Positions 39,401 through 54,400 of a stretch of DNA of 64,000 nt are shown one piece after another. The first letter of the stretch is position 1; each line of letters begins with the position of its first letter. Where the stretch lies: contig OZ024740.1 in NCBI GenBank assembly GCA_964016885.1, forward strand, positions 295,926,001-295,990,000, read 5' to 3'. The DNA comes from Eledone cirrhosa. Its lineage: Eukaryota. The position numbers were made by a program, and so were the translations under genes. The notes below the pieces were generated by a model. That model had not been told where the DNA came from. It saw only the letters and a program-made list of their open reading frames with translations, and searched no databases.

Positions 39401-42400
39401 TAAGAATATATTATATAGACAGTGAGTGTATCTAAGAATATATTATATAGACAGTGAGAGTACATAAGAATATATTATATAGACAGTGAGTGTACCTAAG
39501 AATATATTATATAGACAGTGAGTGTACCTGACAATATATTATATAGACAGTGAGTGTACCTAAGAATATATTATATAGACAGTGAGTGTACCTAAGAATA
39601 TATTATATAGACAGTGAGTGTACCTAAGAATATATTATATAGGTAGTGAGTGTACCTAAGAATATATTATATAGACAGTGAATGTACCTAAGAATATATT
39701 ATATAGATATTGAGTGTACCTCAGAATATATTATATAGACAGTGAGTGTATCTAAGAATATATTATATAGACAGTGAGTGTACCTAAGAATATATTATAT
39801 AGACAGTGACTGTACCTAAGAATATATTATATAGACAGTGAGTGTACCTAAGAATATATTATATAGACAGTGAATGTACCTAAGATTATATTATATAGAC
39901 AGTGACTGTACCTAAGAATATATTATATAGACAGTGAGTGTACCTAAGATTATATCATATAGACAGTGACTGTACCTAAGAATATATTATATAGACAGTG
40001 AGTGTACCTAAGAATATATTACATAGACAGTGAGTGTACCTAAGAATATATTATATAGACAGTGAATGTATCTAACAATATATTATATAGACAGTGAGTG
40101 TACTGAGAATATATTATATAGACAGTGAGTGTAATGAGAATATTTCATATAGACAGTGAATGTACCTAACAATATATTATATAGACAGTGAGTGTACTGA
40201 GAGTATATTATATAGACAGTGAGTGTACTGAGAATATATTATATAGACAGTGAGTGTACCTAAGAATATATTATATAGACAGTGTGTGTACCTAAGAATA
40301 TATTATATAGACAGTGAGTGTACCTAAGAATATATTATATAGACAGTGAGTGTACCTAACAATATATAATATAGACAGTTAGTGTTCATAAGAATATATT
40401 ATATAGATAGTGAGTGTACCTAAGAATATTTTATATCGACAGTGAGTGTACCTAATAATATATTATATAGACAGTGAATGTATCTAACAATATATTATAT
40501 AGACAGTGAGTGTAATGAGAATATATTATATAGACAGTGAATGTACCTAACAATATATTATATAGACAGTGAGTGTACTGAGAGTATATTATATAGACAG
40601 TGAGTGTACTGAGAATATATTATATAGACAGTGAGTGTACCTAAGAATATATTATATAGACAGTGAGTGTACCTAAGAATATATTATATAGACAGTGAGT
40701 GTACCTAAGAATATATTATATAGACAGTGAGTGTACCTAAGAATATATTATATAGACAGTGAGTGTACCTATAAATATATTATATAGACAGTGAGTGTAC
40801 CTAAGAATATATTATTTAGACAGTGAGTGTACCTAACAATATATTATATAGATAGTGAGTGCACCTAAGAATATATTATATAGACAGTGAGTGTACCTAA
40901 GAATATATTATATAGACAGTGAATGTACCTAAGAATATATTATATAGATAGTGAGTGTACCTCAGAATATATAATATAGACAGTGAGTGTACCTAAGAAT
41001 ATATTATATAGACAGCGAGTGTACCTAAGAATATATTATATAGACAGTGAGTGTACCTGAGAATATATTATATAGACAGTGGGTGTACCTAAGAATATAT
41101 TATATAGACAGTGAGTGTACCTAAGAATATATTATATAGACAGTGAGTGTACCAAATAATATATTATATAGACAGTGAGTCTACCGAAGAATATATTATA
41201 TAGATAGTGAGTGTACCTAAGAATATATTATATAGACAGTGAGTGTATCTAAGAATATATTATATAGACAGTGAGTGTATCTAAGAATATATTATATAGA
41301 CAGTGAGTGTACCTAAGAATATATTATATAGATAGTGAGTGTACCTAAGCATATATTATATAGGCAGGAGTGTACCTGAGAATATATTATATAGACAGTG
41401 AGTGTATCTAAGATCTAAGAATATATTATATAGACAGTGAGTGTACCTAAGAATATATTATATAGACAGTGAGTGTACCTAAGAATATATTATATAGACA
41501 GTGAGTGTACCTAAGAATATATTATATAGACAGTGAGTGTACCTAAGAATATATTATATAGACAGTGAGTGTACCTAAGAATATATTATATAGACAGCGA
41601 GTGTACCTAAAATATATTATATAGACAGTGAGTGTACATAAGAATATATTATATAGACAGTGACTGTACCTAACAATATATTATATAGATAGTGAATGTA
41701 CCTAACAATATATTATATAGACAGTGAGTGTACCTAAGAATATATTATATAGCCAGTTAATGTATCTAACAATATATTATATAGACAGTGAGTGTACTGA
41801 GAATATATTATATAGACAGTGAGTGTAATGAGAATATATTATATAGACAGTGAATGTATATAACAATATATTATATAGACAGTGAGTGTACTGAGAGTAT
41901 ATTATATAGACAGTGAGTGTACTGAGAATATATTATATAGACAGTGAGTGTACCTAAGAATATATTACATAGACAGTGAGTGTACCTAAGAATATATTAT
42001 ATAGACAGTGAGTGTACTGAGAATATATTATATAGACAATGAGTGTACCTAAGAATATACTATAAAGACAGTGAGTGTACCTAAGAATATATTATATAGA
42101 CAGTGAGTGTACCTGAGAATATACTATATAGACAGTGAGTGTACCTAAGAATATATTATATAGACAGTGAGTGTACCTTAGAATATATTATATAGACAGT
42201 GAGTGTACCAAATAATATATTATATAGACAGTGAGTCTACCTAAGAATATATTATATAGATAGTGAGTGTACCTAAGAATATATTATATAGACAGTGAGT
42301 GTATCTAAGAATATATTATATAGACAGTGAGTGTATCTAAGAATATATTATATAGATAGTGAGTGTACCTAAGAATATATTATATAGACAGTGAGTGTAC

Positions 42401-45400
42401 CTAAGCATATATTATATAGACAGGAGTGTACCTGAGAATATATTATATAGACAGTGAGTGTATCTAAGATCTAAGAATATATTATATAGACAGTGAGTTT
42501 ACTGAGAATATATTATATAGACAGCCAGTGTACCTAAGCATATATTATATAGACAGTGAGTGTACCCGAGAATATATATAGACAGTGAGTGTACCTAAGA
42601 ATATATTATATAGACAGTGAGTGTATCTAAGAATATATTATATAGACAGTGAGTGTACATAAGAATATATTATATAGACAGTGACTGTACCTAAGAATAT
42701 ATTATATAGACAGTGAGTGTACCTAACAATATATTATATAGACAGTGAGTCTACCTAAGAATATATTATATAGACAGTGAGTGTACCTAAGAATATATTA
42801 TATAGACAGTGAGTGTACCTAAGAATATATTATATAGGTAGTGAGTGTACCTAAGAATATATTATATAGACAGTGAGTGTATCTAAGAATATATTATATA
42901 GACAGTGAGTGTATCTAAGAATATATTATATAGACAGTGACTGTACCTAAGAATATATTATATAGACAGTGAGTGTACCTAAGAATATATTATATAGACA
43001 GTGAATGTACCTAAGATTATATTATATAGACAGTGACTGTACCTAAGAATATATTATATAGACAGTGAGTGTACCTAAGATTATATTATATAGACAGTGA
43101 CTGTACCTAAGAATATATTATATAGACAGTGAGTGTACCTAAGAATATATTACATAGACAGTGAGTGTACCTAAGAATATATTATATAGACAGTGAATGT
43201 ATCTAACAATATATTATATAGACAGTGAGTGTACTGAGAATATATTATATAGACAGTGAGTGTAATGAGAATATTTCATATAGACAGTGAATGTACCTAA
43301 CAATATATTATATAGACAGTGAGTGTACTGAGAGTATATTATATAGACAGTGAGTGTACTGAGAATATATTATATAGACAGTGAGTGTACCTAAGAATAT
43401 ATTATATAGACAGTGAGTGTACCTAAGAATATATTATATAGACAGTGAGTGTACTGAGAATATATTATATAGACAATGAGTGTACCTAAGAATATACTAT
43501 AAAGACAGTGAGTGTACCTAAGAATATATTATATAGACAGTGAGTGTACCTGAGAATATACTATATAGACAGTGAGTGTACCTAAGAATATATTATATAG
43601 ACAGTGAGTGTACCTTAGAATATATTATATAGACAGTGAGTGTACCAAATAATATATTATATAGACAGTGAGTCTACCTAAGAATATATTATATAGATAG
43701 TGAGTGTACCTAAGAATATATTATATAGACAGTGAGTGTATCTAAGAATATATTATATAGACAGTGAGTGTATCTAAGAATATATTATATAGATAGTGAG
43801 TGTACCTAAGAATATATTATATAGACAGTGAGTGTACCTAAGCATATATTATATAGACAGGAGTGTACCTGAGAATATATTATATAGACAGTGAGTGTAT
43901 CTAAGATCTAAGAATATATTATATAGACAGTGAGTTTACTGAGAATATATTATATAGACAGCCAGTGTACCTAAGCATATATTATATAGACAGTGAGTGT
44001 ACCCGAGAATATATATAGACAGTGAGTGTACCTAAGAATATATTATATAGACAGTGAGTGTATCTAAGAATATATTATATAGACAGTGAGTGTACATAAG
44101 AATATATTATATAGACAGTGACTGTACCTAAGAATATATTATATAGACAGTGAGTGTACCTAAGAATATATTATATAGACAGTGAATGTACCTAAGATTA
44201 TATTATATAGACAGTGACTGTACCTAAGAATATATTATATAGACAGTGAGTGTACCTAAGATTATATTATATAGACAGTGACTGTACCTAAGAATATATT
44301 ATATAGACAGTGAGTGTACCTAAGAATATATTACATAGACAGTGAGTGTACCTAAGAATATATTATATAGACAGTGAATGTATCTAACAATATATTATAT
44401 AGACAGTGAGTGTACTGAGAATATATTATATAGACAGTGAGTGTAATGAGAATATTTCATATAGACAGTGAATGTACCTAACAATATATTATATAGACAG
44501 TGAGTGTACTGAGAGTATATTATATAGACAGTGAGTGTACTGAGAATATATTATATAGACAGTGAGTGTACCTAACAATATATTATATAGACAGTGAGTG
44601 TACCTAAGAATATATTATATAGACAGTGAGTGTACCTAAGAATATATTATATAGACAGTGAGTGTACCTGAGAATATATTATATAGACAGTGATCGTACC
44701 TAAGAATATATTATATAGACAGTGAGTGTACCTAAGAATATATTATATAGACAGTGAGTGTACCTAAGAATATATTATATAGACAGTGAGTGTACCTAAG
44801 AATATATTATATAGACAGTGAGTGTACCTAAGAATATATTATATAGATAGTGAGTGTACCTAAGAATATATTATATAGATAGTGAGTGTACCTAAGAATA
44901 CATTATATAGACAGTGAGTGTATCTAAGAATATATTATATGGACAGTGAGTGTAACTAAGCATATATTATATAGACAGGAGTGTACCTGAGAATATATTA
45001 TATAGACAGTGAGTGTATCTAAGATCTAAGAAAATATTATATAGACAGTGAGTGTACCTAAGTATATATTATATAGACAGTGAGTGTACCTAAGAATATA
45101 TTATATAGACAGTGAGTGTACCTAAGAATATATTATATAGACAGTGAGTGTACCTAAGAATATATTATATAGACAGTGAGTGTACCTAAGAATATATTAT
45201 ATAGACAGCGAGTGTACCTAAAATATATTATATAGACAGTGAGTGTACATAAGAATATATTATATAGACAGTGATTGTACCTAACAATATATTATATAGA
45301 TAGTGAATGTACCTAACAATATATTATATAGACAGTGAGTGTACCTAAGAATATATTATATAGACAGTTAATGTATCTAACAATATATTATATAGACAGT

Positions 45401-48400
45401 GAGTGTACTGAGAATATATTATATAGACAGTGAGTGTAATGAGAATATATTATATAGACAGTGAATGTATCTAACAATATATTATATAGACAGTGAGTGT
45501 ACTGAGAGTATATTATATAGACAGTGAGTGTACTGAGAATATATTATATAGACATGAGTGTACCTAAGAATATATTACATAGACAGTGAGTGTACCTAAG
45601 AATATATTATATAGACAGTGAGTGTACCTAAGAATATATTATATAGACAGTGAGTGTACTGAGAATATATTATATAGACAGTGAGTGTACCTAAGAATAT
45701 ATTATATAGACAGTGAGTGTACCTAAGAATATATTATATAGACAGTGAGTGTACCTGAGAATATACTATATAGACAGTGAGTGTACCTAAGAATATATTA
45801 TATAGACAGTGAGTGTACCTTAGAATATATTATATAGACAGTGAGTGTACCAAATAATATATTATATAGACAGTGAGTCTACCTAAGAATATATTATATA
45901 GATAGTGAGTGTACCTAAGAATATATTATATAGACAGTGAGTGTATCTAAGAATATATTATATAGACAGTGAGGGTATCTAAGAATATATTATATGGACA
46001 GTGAGTGTACCTAAGCATATATTATATAGACAGGAGTGTACCTGAGAATATATTATATAGACAGTGAGTGTATCTAAGATCTAAGAATATATTATATAGA
46101 CAGTGAGTTTACTGAGAATATATTATATAGACAGCCAGTTTACCTAAGCATATATTATATAGACAGTGAGTGTACCCGAGAATATATATAGACAGTGAGT
46201 GTACCTAAGAATATATTATATAGACAGTGAGTGTATCTAAGAATATATTATATAGACGGTGAGTGTACATAAGAATATATTATATAGACAGTGAGTGTAC
46301 CTAAGAATATATTATATAGACAGTGAGTGTACCTAACAATATATTATATAGACAGTGAGTGTACCTAAGAATATATTATATAGACAGTGAGTGTACCTAA
46401 GAATATATTATATAGACAGTGAGTGTACCTAAGAATATATTATATAGTTAGTGAGTGTACCTAAGAATATATTATATAGACAGTGAATGTACCTAAGAAT
46501 ATATTATATAGATAGTGAGTGTACCTCAGAATATATTATATAGACAGTGAGTGTATCTAAGAATATTTTATATAGACAGTGAGTGTACCTAAGAATATAT
46601 TATATAGACAGTGACTGTACCTAAGAATATATTATATAGACAGTGAGTGTACCTAAGAATATATTATATAGACAGTGAATGTACCTAAGATTATATTATA
46701 TAGACAGTGACTGTACCTAAGAATATATTATATAGACAGTGAGTGTACCTAAGATTATATTATATAGACAGTGACTGTACCTAAGAATATATTATATAGA
46801 CAGTGAATGTACCTAAGAATATATTACATAGACAGTGAGTGTACCTAAGAATATATTATATAGACAGTGAATGTATCTAACAATATATTATATAGACAGT
46901 GAGTGTACTGAGAATATATTATATAGACAGTGAGTGTAATGAGAATATTTCATATAGACAGTGAATGTACCTAACAATATATTATATAGACAGTGAGTGT
47001 ACTGAGAGTATATTATATAGACAGTGAGTGTACTGAGAATATATTATATAGACAGTGAGTGTACCTAAGAATATATTATATAGACAGTGAGTGTACCTAA
47101 GAATATATTATATAGACAGTGAGTGTACCTAAGAATATATTATATAGACAGTGAGTGTACCTGAGAATATATTACATAGACAGTGATTGTACCTAAGAAT
47201 ATATTATATAGACAGTGAGTGTACCTAAGAATATATTATATAGACAGTGAGTGTACCTAAGAATATATTATATAGACAGTGAGTGTACCTAAGAGTATAT
47301 TATATAGATAGTGAGTGTACCTAAGAATATATTATATAGACAGTGAGTGTACCTAAGAATATATTATATAGACAGTGGATGTACCTAAGAATATATTATA
47401 TAGATAGTGAGTGTACCTCAGAATATATTATATAGACAGTGAGTGTACCTAAGAATATATTTTATAGACAGTGAGTGTACCTAAGATTATATTATATAGA
47501 CAGTGACTGTACCTAAGAATATATTATATATACAGTGAGTGTACCTAAGAATATATTACATAGACAGTGACTGTACCTAACAATATATTATATAGATAGT
47601 GAATGTACCTAAGAATATATTATATAGACAGTGAGTGTACCTAAGAATATATTATATAGACAGTGAATGTATCTAACAATATATTATATAGACAGTGAGT
47701 GTACTGAGAATATATTATATAGACAGTGAGTGTAATGAGAATATTTCATATAGACAGTGAATGTACCTAACAATATATTATATAGACAGTGAGTGTACTG
47801 AGAGTATATTATATAGACAGTGAGTGTACTGAGAATATATTATATAGACAGTGAGTGTACCTAAGAATATATTATATAGACAGTGAGTGTACCTAAGAAT
47901 ATATTATATAGACAGTGAGTGTACCTAAGAATATATTATATAGACAGTGAGTGTACCTAAGAATATATTATATAGACAGTTAGTGTTCCTAAGAATATAT
48001 TATATAGATAGTGAGTGTACCTAAGAATATTTTATATCGACAGTGAGTGTACCTAATAATATATTATATAGACAGTGAGTGTACCTAACAATATATTATA
48101 TAGACAGTGAATGTATCCAAGAATATATTATATAGACAGTGATTGTACCTAAGAATATATTATATAGACAGTGACTGGACCTAATAATATATTATATAGA
48201 CAGTGAGTGTACCTAACAATATATTATATAGACAGTGACTGTACCTAACAATATATTATATAGACAGTGAGTGTACCTCAGAATATATTATATAGACAGT
48301 GAGTGTACCTAAGAATATATTATATAGACAGTGAGTGTATCTAACAATATATTATATAGACAGTGAGTGTACTGAGAATATATTTTATAGACAGTGAGTG

Positions 48401-51400
48401 TAATGAGAATATTTCATATAGACAGTGAATGTACCTAACAATATATTATATAGACAGTGAGTTTACTGAGAATATATTATATAGATAGTGAGTGTACCTA
48501 AGAATATTTTATATCGACAGTGAGTGTACCTAATAATATATTATATAGACAGTGAGTGTACCTAACAATATATTATATAGACAGTGAATGTATCCAAGAA
48601 TATATTATATAGACAGTGATTGTACCTAAGAATATATTATATAGACAGTGACTGGACCTAATAATATATTATATAGACAGTGAGTGTACCTAAGAATATA
48701 TTATATAGACAGTGAGTGTACCTAAGAATATATTATATAGACAGTGAGTGTACCTCAGAATATATTATATAGACAGTGAGTGTACCTAAGAATATATTAT
48801 ATAGACAGTGAGTGTATGTAACAATATATTATATAGACAGTGAGTGTACTGAGAATATATTTTATAGACAGTGAGTGTAATGAGAATATTTCATATAGAC
48901 AGTGAATGTACCTAACAATATATTATATAGACAGTGAGTGTACTGAGAATATATTATATAGACAGTGAGTGTACTGAGAATATATTATATAGACAGTGAG
49001 TGTACCTAAGAATATATTATATAGACAGTGAGTGTACCTAAGAATATATTATATAGACAGTGAGTGTACCTAAGAATATATTATATAGACAGTGAGTGTA
49101 CCTAAGAATATATTATATAGACAGTTAGTGTTCCCTAGAATATATTATATAGATAGTGAGTGTACATAAGAATATTTTATATAGACAGTGAGTGTACCTA
49201 ATAATATATTATATAGACAGTGAGTGTACCTAACAATATATTATATAGACAGTGAATGTATCCAAGAATATATTATATAGACAGTGATTGTACCTAAGAA
49301 TATATTATATAGACAGTGACTGGACCTAATAATATATTATATAGACAGTGAGTGTATCTAAGAATATATTATATAGACAGTGACTGTACCTAAGAATATA
49401 TTATATAGACAGTGAGTGTATTGAGAATATATTATTTAGACAGTGAGTAGCTAAGAATATATTATATAGACAGTGAGTGTACCTAAGAATATATTATATA
49501 GACAGTGAGTGTACACGAGAATATATATAGACAGTGAGTGTACCTAAGAATATATTATATAGACAGTGAGTGTATCTAAGAATATATTATATAGACGGTG
49601 AGTGTACATAAGAATATATTATATAGACAGTGAGTGTACCTAAGAATATATTATATAGACAGTGAGTGTACCTAACAATATATTATATAGACAGTGAGTG
49701 TACCTAAGAATATATTATATAGACAGTGAGTGTACCTAAGAATATATTATATAGACAGTGAGTGTACCTAAGAATATATTATATAGTTAGTGAGTGTACC
49801 TAAGAATATATTATATAGACAGTGAATGTACCTAAGAATATATTATATAGATAGTGAGTGTACCTCAGAATATATTATATAGACAGTGAGTGTATCTAAG
49901 AATATATTATATAGACAGTGAGTGTACCTAAGAATATATTATATAGACAGTGACTGTACCTAAGAATATATTATATAGACAGTGAGTGTACCTAAGAATA
50001 TATTATATAGACAGTGAATGTACCTAAGATTATATTATATAGACAGTGACTGTACCTAAGAATATATTATATAGACAGTGAGTGTACCTAAGATTATATT
50101 ATATAGACAGTGACTGTACCTAAGAATATATTATATAGACAGTGAGTGTACCTAAGAATATATTATATAGACAGTGAATGTACCTAAGATTATATTATAT
50201 AGACAGTGACTGTACCTAAGAATATATTATATAGACAGTGAGTGTACCTAAGATTATATTATATAGACAGTGACTGTACCTAAGAATATATTATATAGAC
50301 AGTGAGTGTACCTAAGAATATATTACATAGACAGTGAGTGTACCTAAGAATATATTATATAGACAGTGAATGTATCTAACAATATATTATATAGACAGTG
50401 AGTGTACTGAGAATATATTATATAGACAGTGAGTGTAATGAGAATATTTCATATAGACAGTGAATGTACCTAACAATATATTATATAGACAGTGAGTGTA
50501 CTGAGAGTATATTATATAGACAGTGAGTGTACTGAGAATATATTATATAGACAGTGAGTGTACCTAAGAATATATTATATAGACAGTGAGTGTACCTAAG
50601 AATATATTATATAGACAGTGAGTGTACTGAGAATATATTATATAGACAATGAGTGTACCTAAGAATATACTATAAAGACAGTGAGTGTACCTAAGAATAT
50701 ATTATATAGACAGTGAGTGTACCTGAGAATATACTATATAGACAGTGAGTGTACCTAAGAATATATTATATAGACAGTGAGTGTACCTTAGAATATATTA
50801 TATAGACAGTGAGTGTACCAAATAATATATTATATAGACAGTGAGTCTACCTAAGAATATATTATATAGATAGTGAGTGTACCTAAGAATATATTATATA
50901 GACAGTGAGTGTATCTAAGAATATATTATATAGACAGTGAGTGTATCTAAGAATATATTATATAGATAGTGAGTGTACCTAAGAATATATTATATAGACA
51001 GTGAGTGTACCTAAGCATATATTATATAGACAGGAGTGTACCTGAGAATATATTATATAGACAGTGAGTGTATCTAAGATCTAAGAATATATTATATAGA
51101 CAGTGAGTTTACTGAGAATATATTATATAGACAGCCAGTGTACCTAAGCATATATTATATAGACAGTGAGTGTACCCGAGAATATATATAGACAGTGAGT
51201 GTACCTAAGAATATATTATATAGACAGTGAGTGTATCTAAGAATATATTATATAGACAGTGAGTGTACATAAGAATATATTATATAGACAGTGACTGTAC
51301 CTAAGAATATATTATATAGACAGTGAGTGTACCTAACAATATATTATATAGACAGTGAGTCTACCTAAAAATATATTATATAGACAGTGAGTGTACCTAA

Positions 51401-54400
51401 GAATATATTATATAGACAGTGAGTGTATCTAAGAATATATTATATAGGTAGTGAGTGTACCTAAGAATATATTATATAGACAGTGAGTGTATCTAAGAAT
51501 ATATTATATAGACAGTGAGTGTACCTAAGAATATATTATATAGACAGTGACTGTACCTAAGAATATATTATATAGACAGTGAGTGTACCTAAGAATATAT
51601 TATATAGACAGTGAATGTACCTAAGATTATATTATATAGACAGTGACTGTACCTAAGAATATATTATATAGACAGTGAGTGTAACTAAGATTATATTATA
51701 TAGACAGTGACTGTACCTAAGAATATATTATATAGACAGTGAGTGTACCTAAGAATATATTACATAGACAGTGAGTGTACCTAAGAATATATTATATAGA
51801 CAGTGAATGTATCTAACAATATATTATATAGACAGTGAGTGTACTGAGAATATATTATATAGACAGTGAGTGTAATGAGAATATTTCATATAGACAGTGA
51901 ATGTACCTAACAATATATTATATAGACAGTGAGTGTACTGAGAGTATATTATATAGACAGTGAGTGTACTGAGAATATATTATATAGACAGTGAGTGTAC
52001 CTAACAATATATTATATAGACAGTGAGTGTACCTAACAATATATTATATAGACAGTGAGTGTACCTAAGAATATATTATATAGACAGTGAGTGTACCTGA
52101 GAATATATTATATAGACAGTGATCGTACCTAAGAATATATTATATAGACAGTGAGTGTACCTAAGAATATATTATATAGACAGTGAGTGTACCTAAGAAT
52201 ATATTATATAGACAGTGAGTGTACCTAAGAATATATTATATAGACAGTGAGTGTACCTAAGAATATATTATATAGATAGTGAGTGTACCTAAGAATATAT
52301 TATATAGATAGTGAGTGTACCTAAGAATACATTATATAGACAGTGAGTGTATCTAAGAATATATTATATGGACAGTGAGTGTAACTAAGCATATATTATA
52401 TAGACAGGAGTGTACCTGAGAATATATTATATAGACAGTGAGTGTATCTAAGATCTAAGAAAATATTATATAGACAGTGAGTGTACCTAAGTATATATTA
52501 TATAGACAGTGAGTGTACCTAAGAATATATTATATAGACAGTGAGTGTACCTAAGAATATATTATATAGACAGTGAGTGTACCTAAGAATATATTATATA
52601 GACAGTGAGTGTACCTAAGAATATATTATATAGACAGCGAGTGTACCTAAAATATATTATATAGACAGTGAGTGTACATAAGAATATATTATATAGACAG
52701 TGATTGTACCTAACAATATATTATATAGATAGTGAATGTACCTAACAATATATTATATAGACAGTGAGTGTACCTAAGAATATATTATATAGACAGTTAA
52801 TGTATCTAACAATATATTATATAGACAGTGAGTGTACTGAGAATATATTATATAGACAGTGAGTGTAATGAGAATATATTATATAGACAGTGAATGTATC
52901 TAACAATATATTATATAGACAGTGAGTGTACTGAGAGTATATTATATAGACAGTGAGTGTACTGAGAATATATTATATAGACATGAGTGTACCTAAGAAT
53001 ATATTACATAGACAGTGAGTGTACCTAAGAATATATTATATAGACAGTGAGTGTACCTAAGAATATATTATATAGACAGTGAGTGTACTGAGAATATATT
53101 ATATAGACAGTGAGTGTACCTAAGTATATATTATATAGACAGTGAGTGTACCTAAGAATATATTATATAGACAGTGAGTGTACCTGAGAATATACTATAT
53201 AGACAGTGAGTGTACCTAAGAATATATTATATAGACAGTGAGTGTACCTTAGAATATATTATATAGACAGTGAGTGTACCAAATAATATATTATATAGAC
53301 AGTGAGTCTACCTAAGAATATATTATATAGATAGTGAGTGTACCTAAGAATATATTATATAGACAGTGAGTGTATCTAAGAATATATTATATAGACAGTG
53401 AGTGTATCTAAGAATATATTATATGGACAGTGAGTGTACCTAAGCATATATTATATAGACAGGAGTGTACCTGAGAATATATTATATAGACAGTGAGTGT
53501 ATCTAAGATCTAAGAATATATTATATAGACAGTGAGTTTACTGAGAATATATTATATAGACAGCCAGTTTACCTAAGCATATATTATATAGACAGTGAGT
53601 GTACCCGAGAATATATATAGACAGTGAGTGTACCTAAGAATATATTATATAGACAGTGAGTGTATCTAAGAATATATTATATAGACGGTGAGTGTACATA
53701 AGAATATATTATATAGACAGTGAGTGTACCTAAGAATATATTATATAGACAGTGAGTGTACCTAACAATATATTATATAGACTGTGAGTGTACCTAAGAA
53801 TATATTATATAGACAGTGAGTGTACCTAAGAATATATTATATAGACAGTGAGTGTACCTAAGAATATATTATATAGTTAGTGAGTGTACCTAAGAATATA
53901 TTATATAGACAGTGAATGTACCTAAGAATATATTATATAGATAGTGAGTGTACCTCAGAATATATTATATAGACAGTGAGTGTATCTAAGAATATTTTAT
54001 ATAGACAGTGAGTGTACCTAAGAATATATTATATAGACAGTGACTGTACCTAAGAATATATTATATAGACAGTGAGTGTACCTAAGAATATATTATATAG
54101 ACAGTGAATGTACCTAAGATTATATTATATAGACAGTGACTGTACCTAAGAATATATTATATAGACAGTGAGTGTACCTAAGATTATATTATATAGACAG
54201 TGACTGTACCTAAGAATATATTATATAGACAGTGAATGTACCTAAGAATATATTACATAGACAGTGAGTGTACCTAAGAATATATTATATAGACAGTGAA
54301 TGTATCTAACAATATATTATATAGACAGTGAGTGTACTGAGAATATATTATATAGACAGTGAGTGTAATGAGAATATTTCATATAGACAGTGAATGTACC

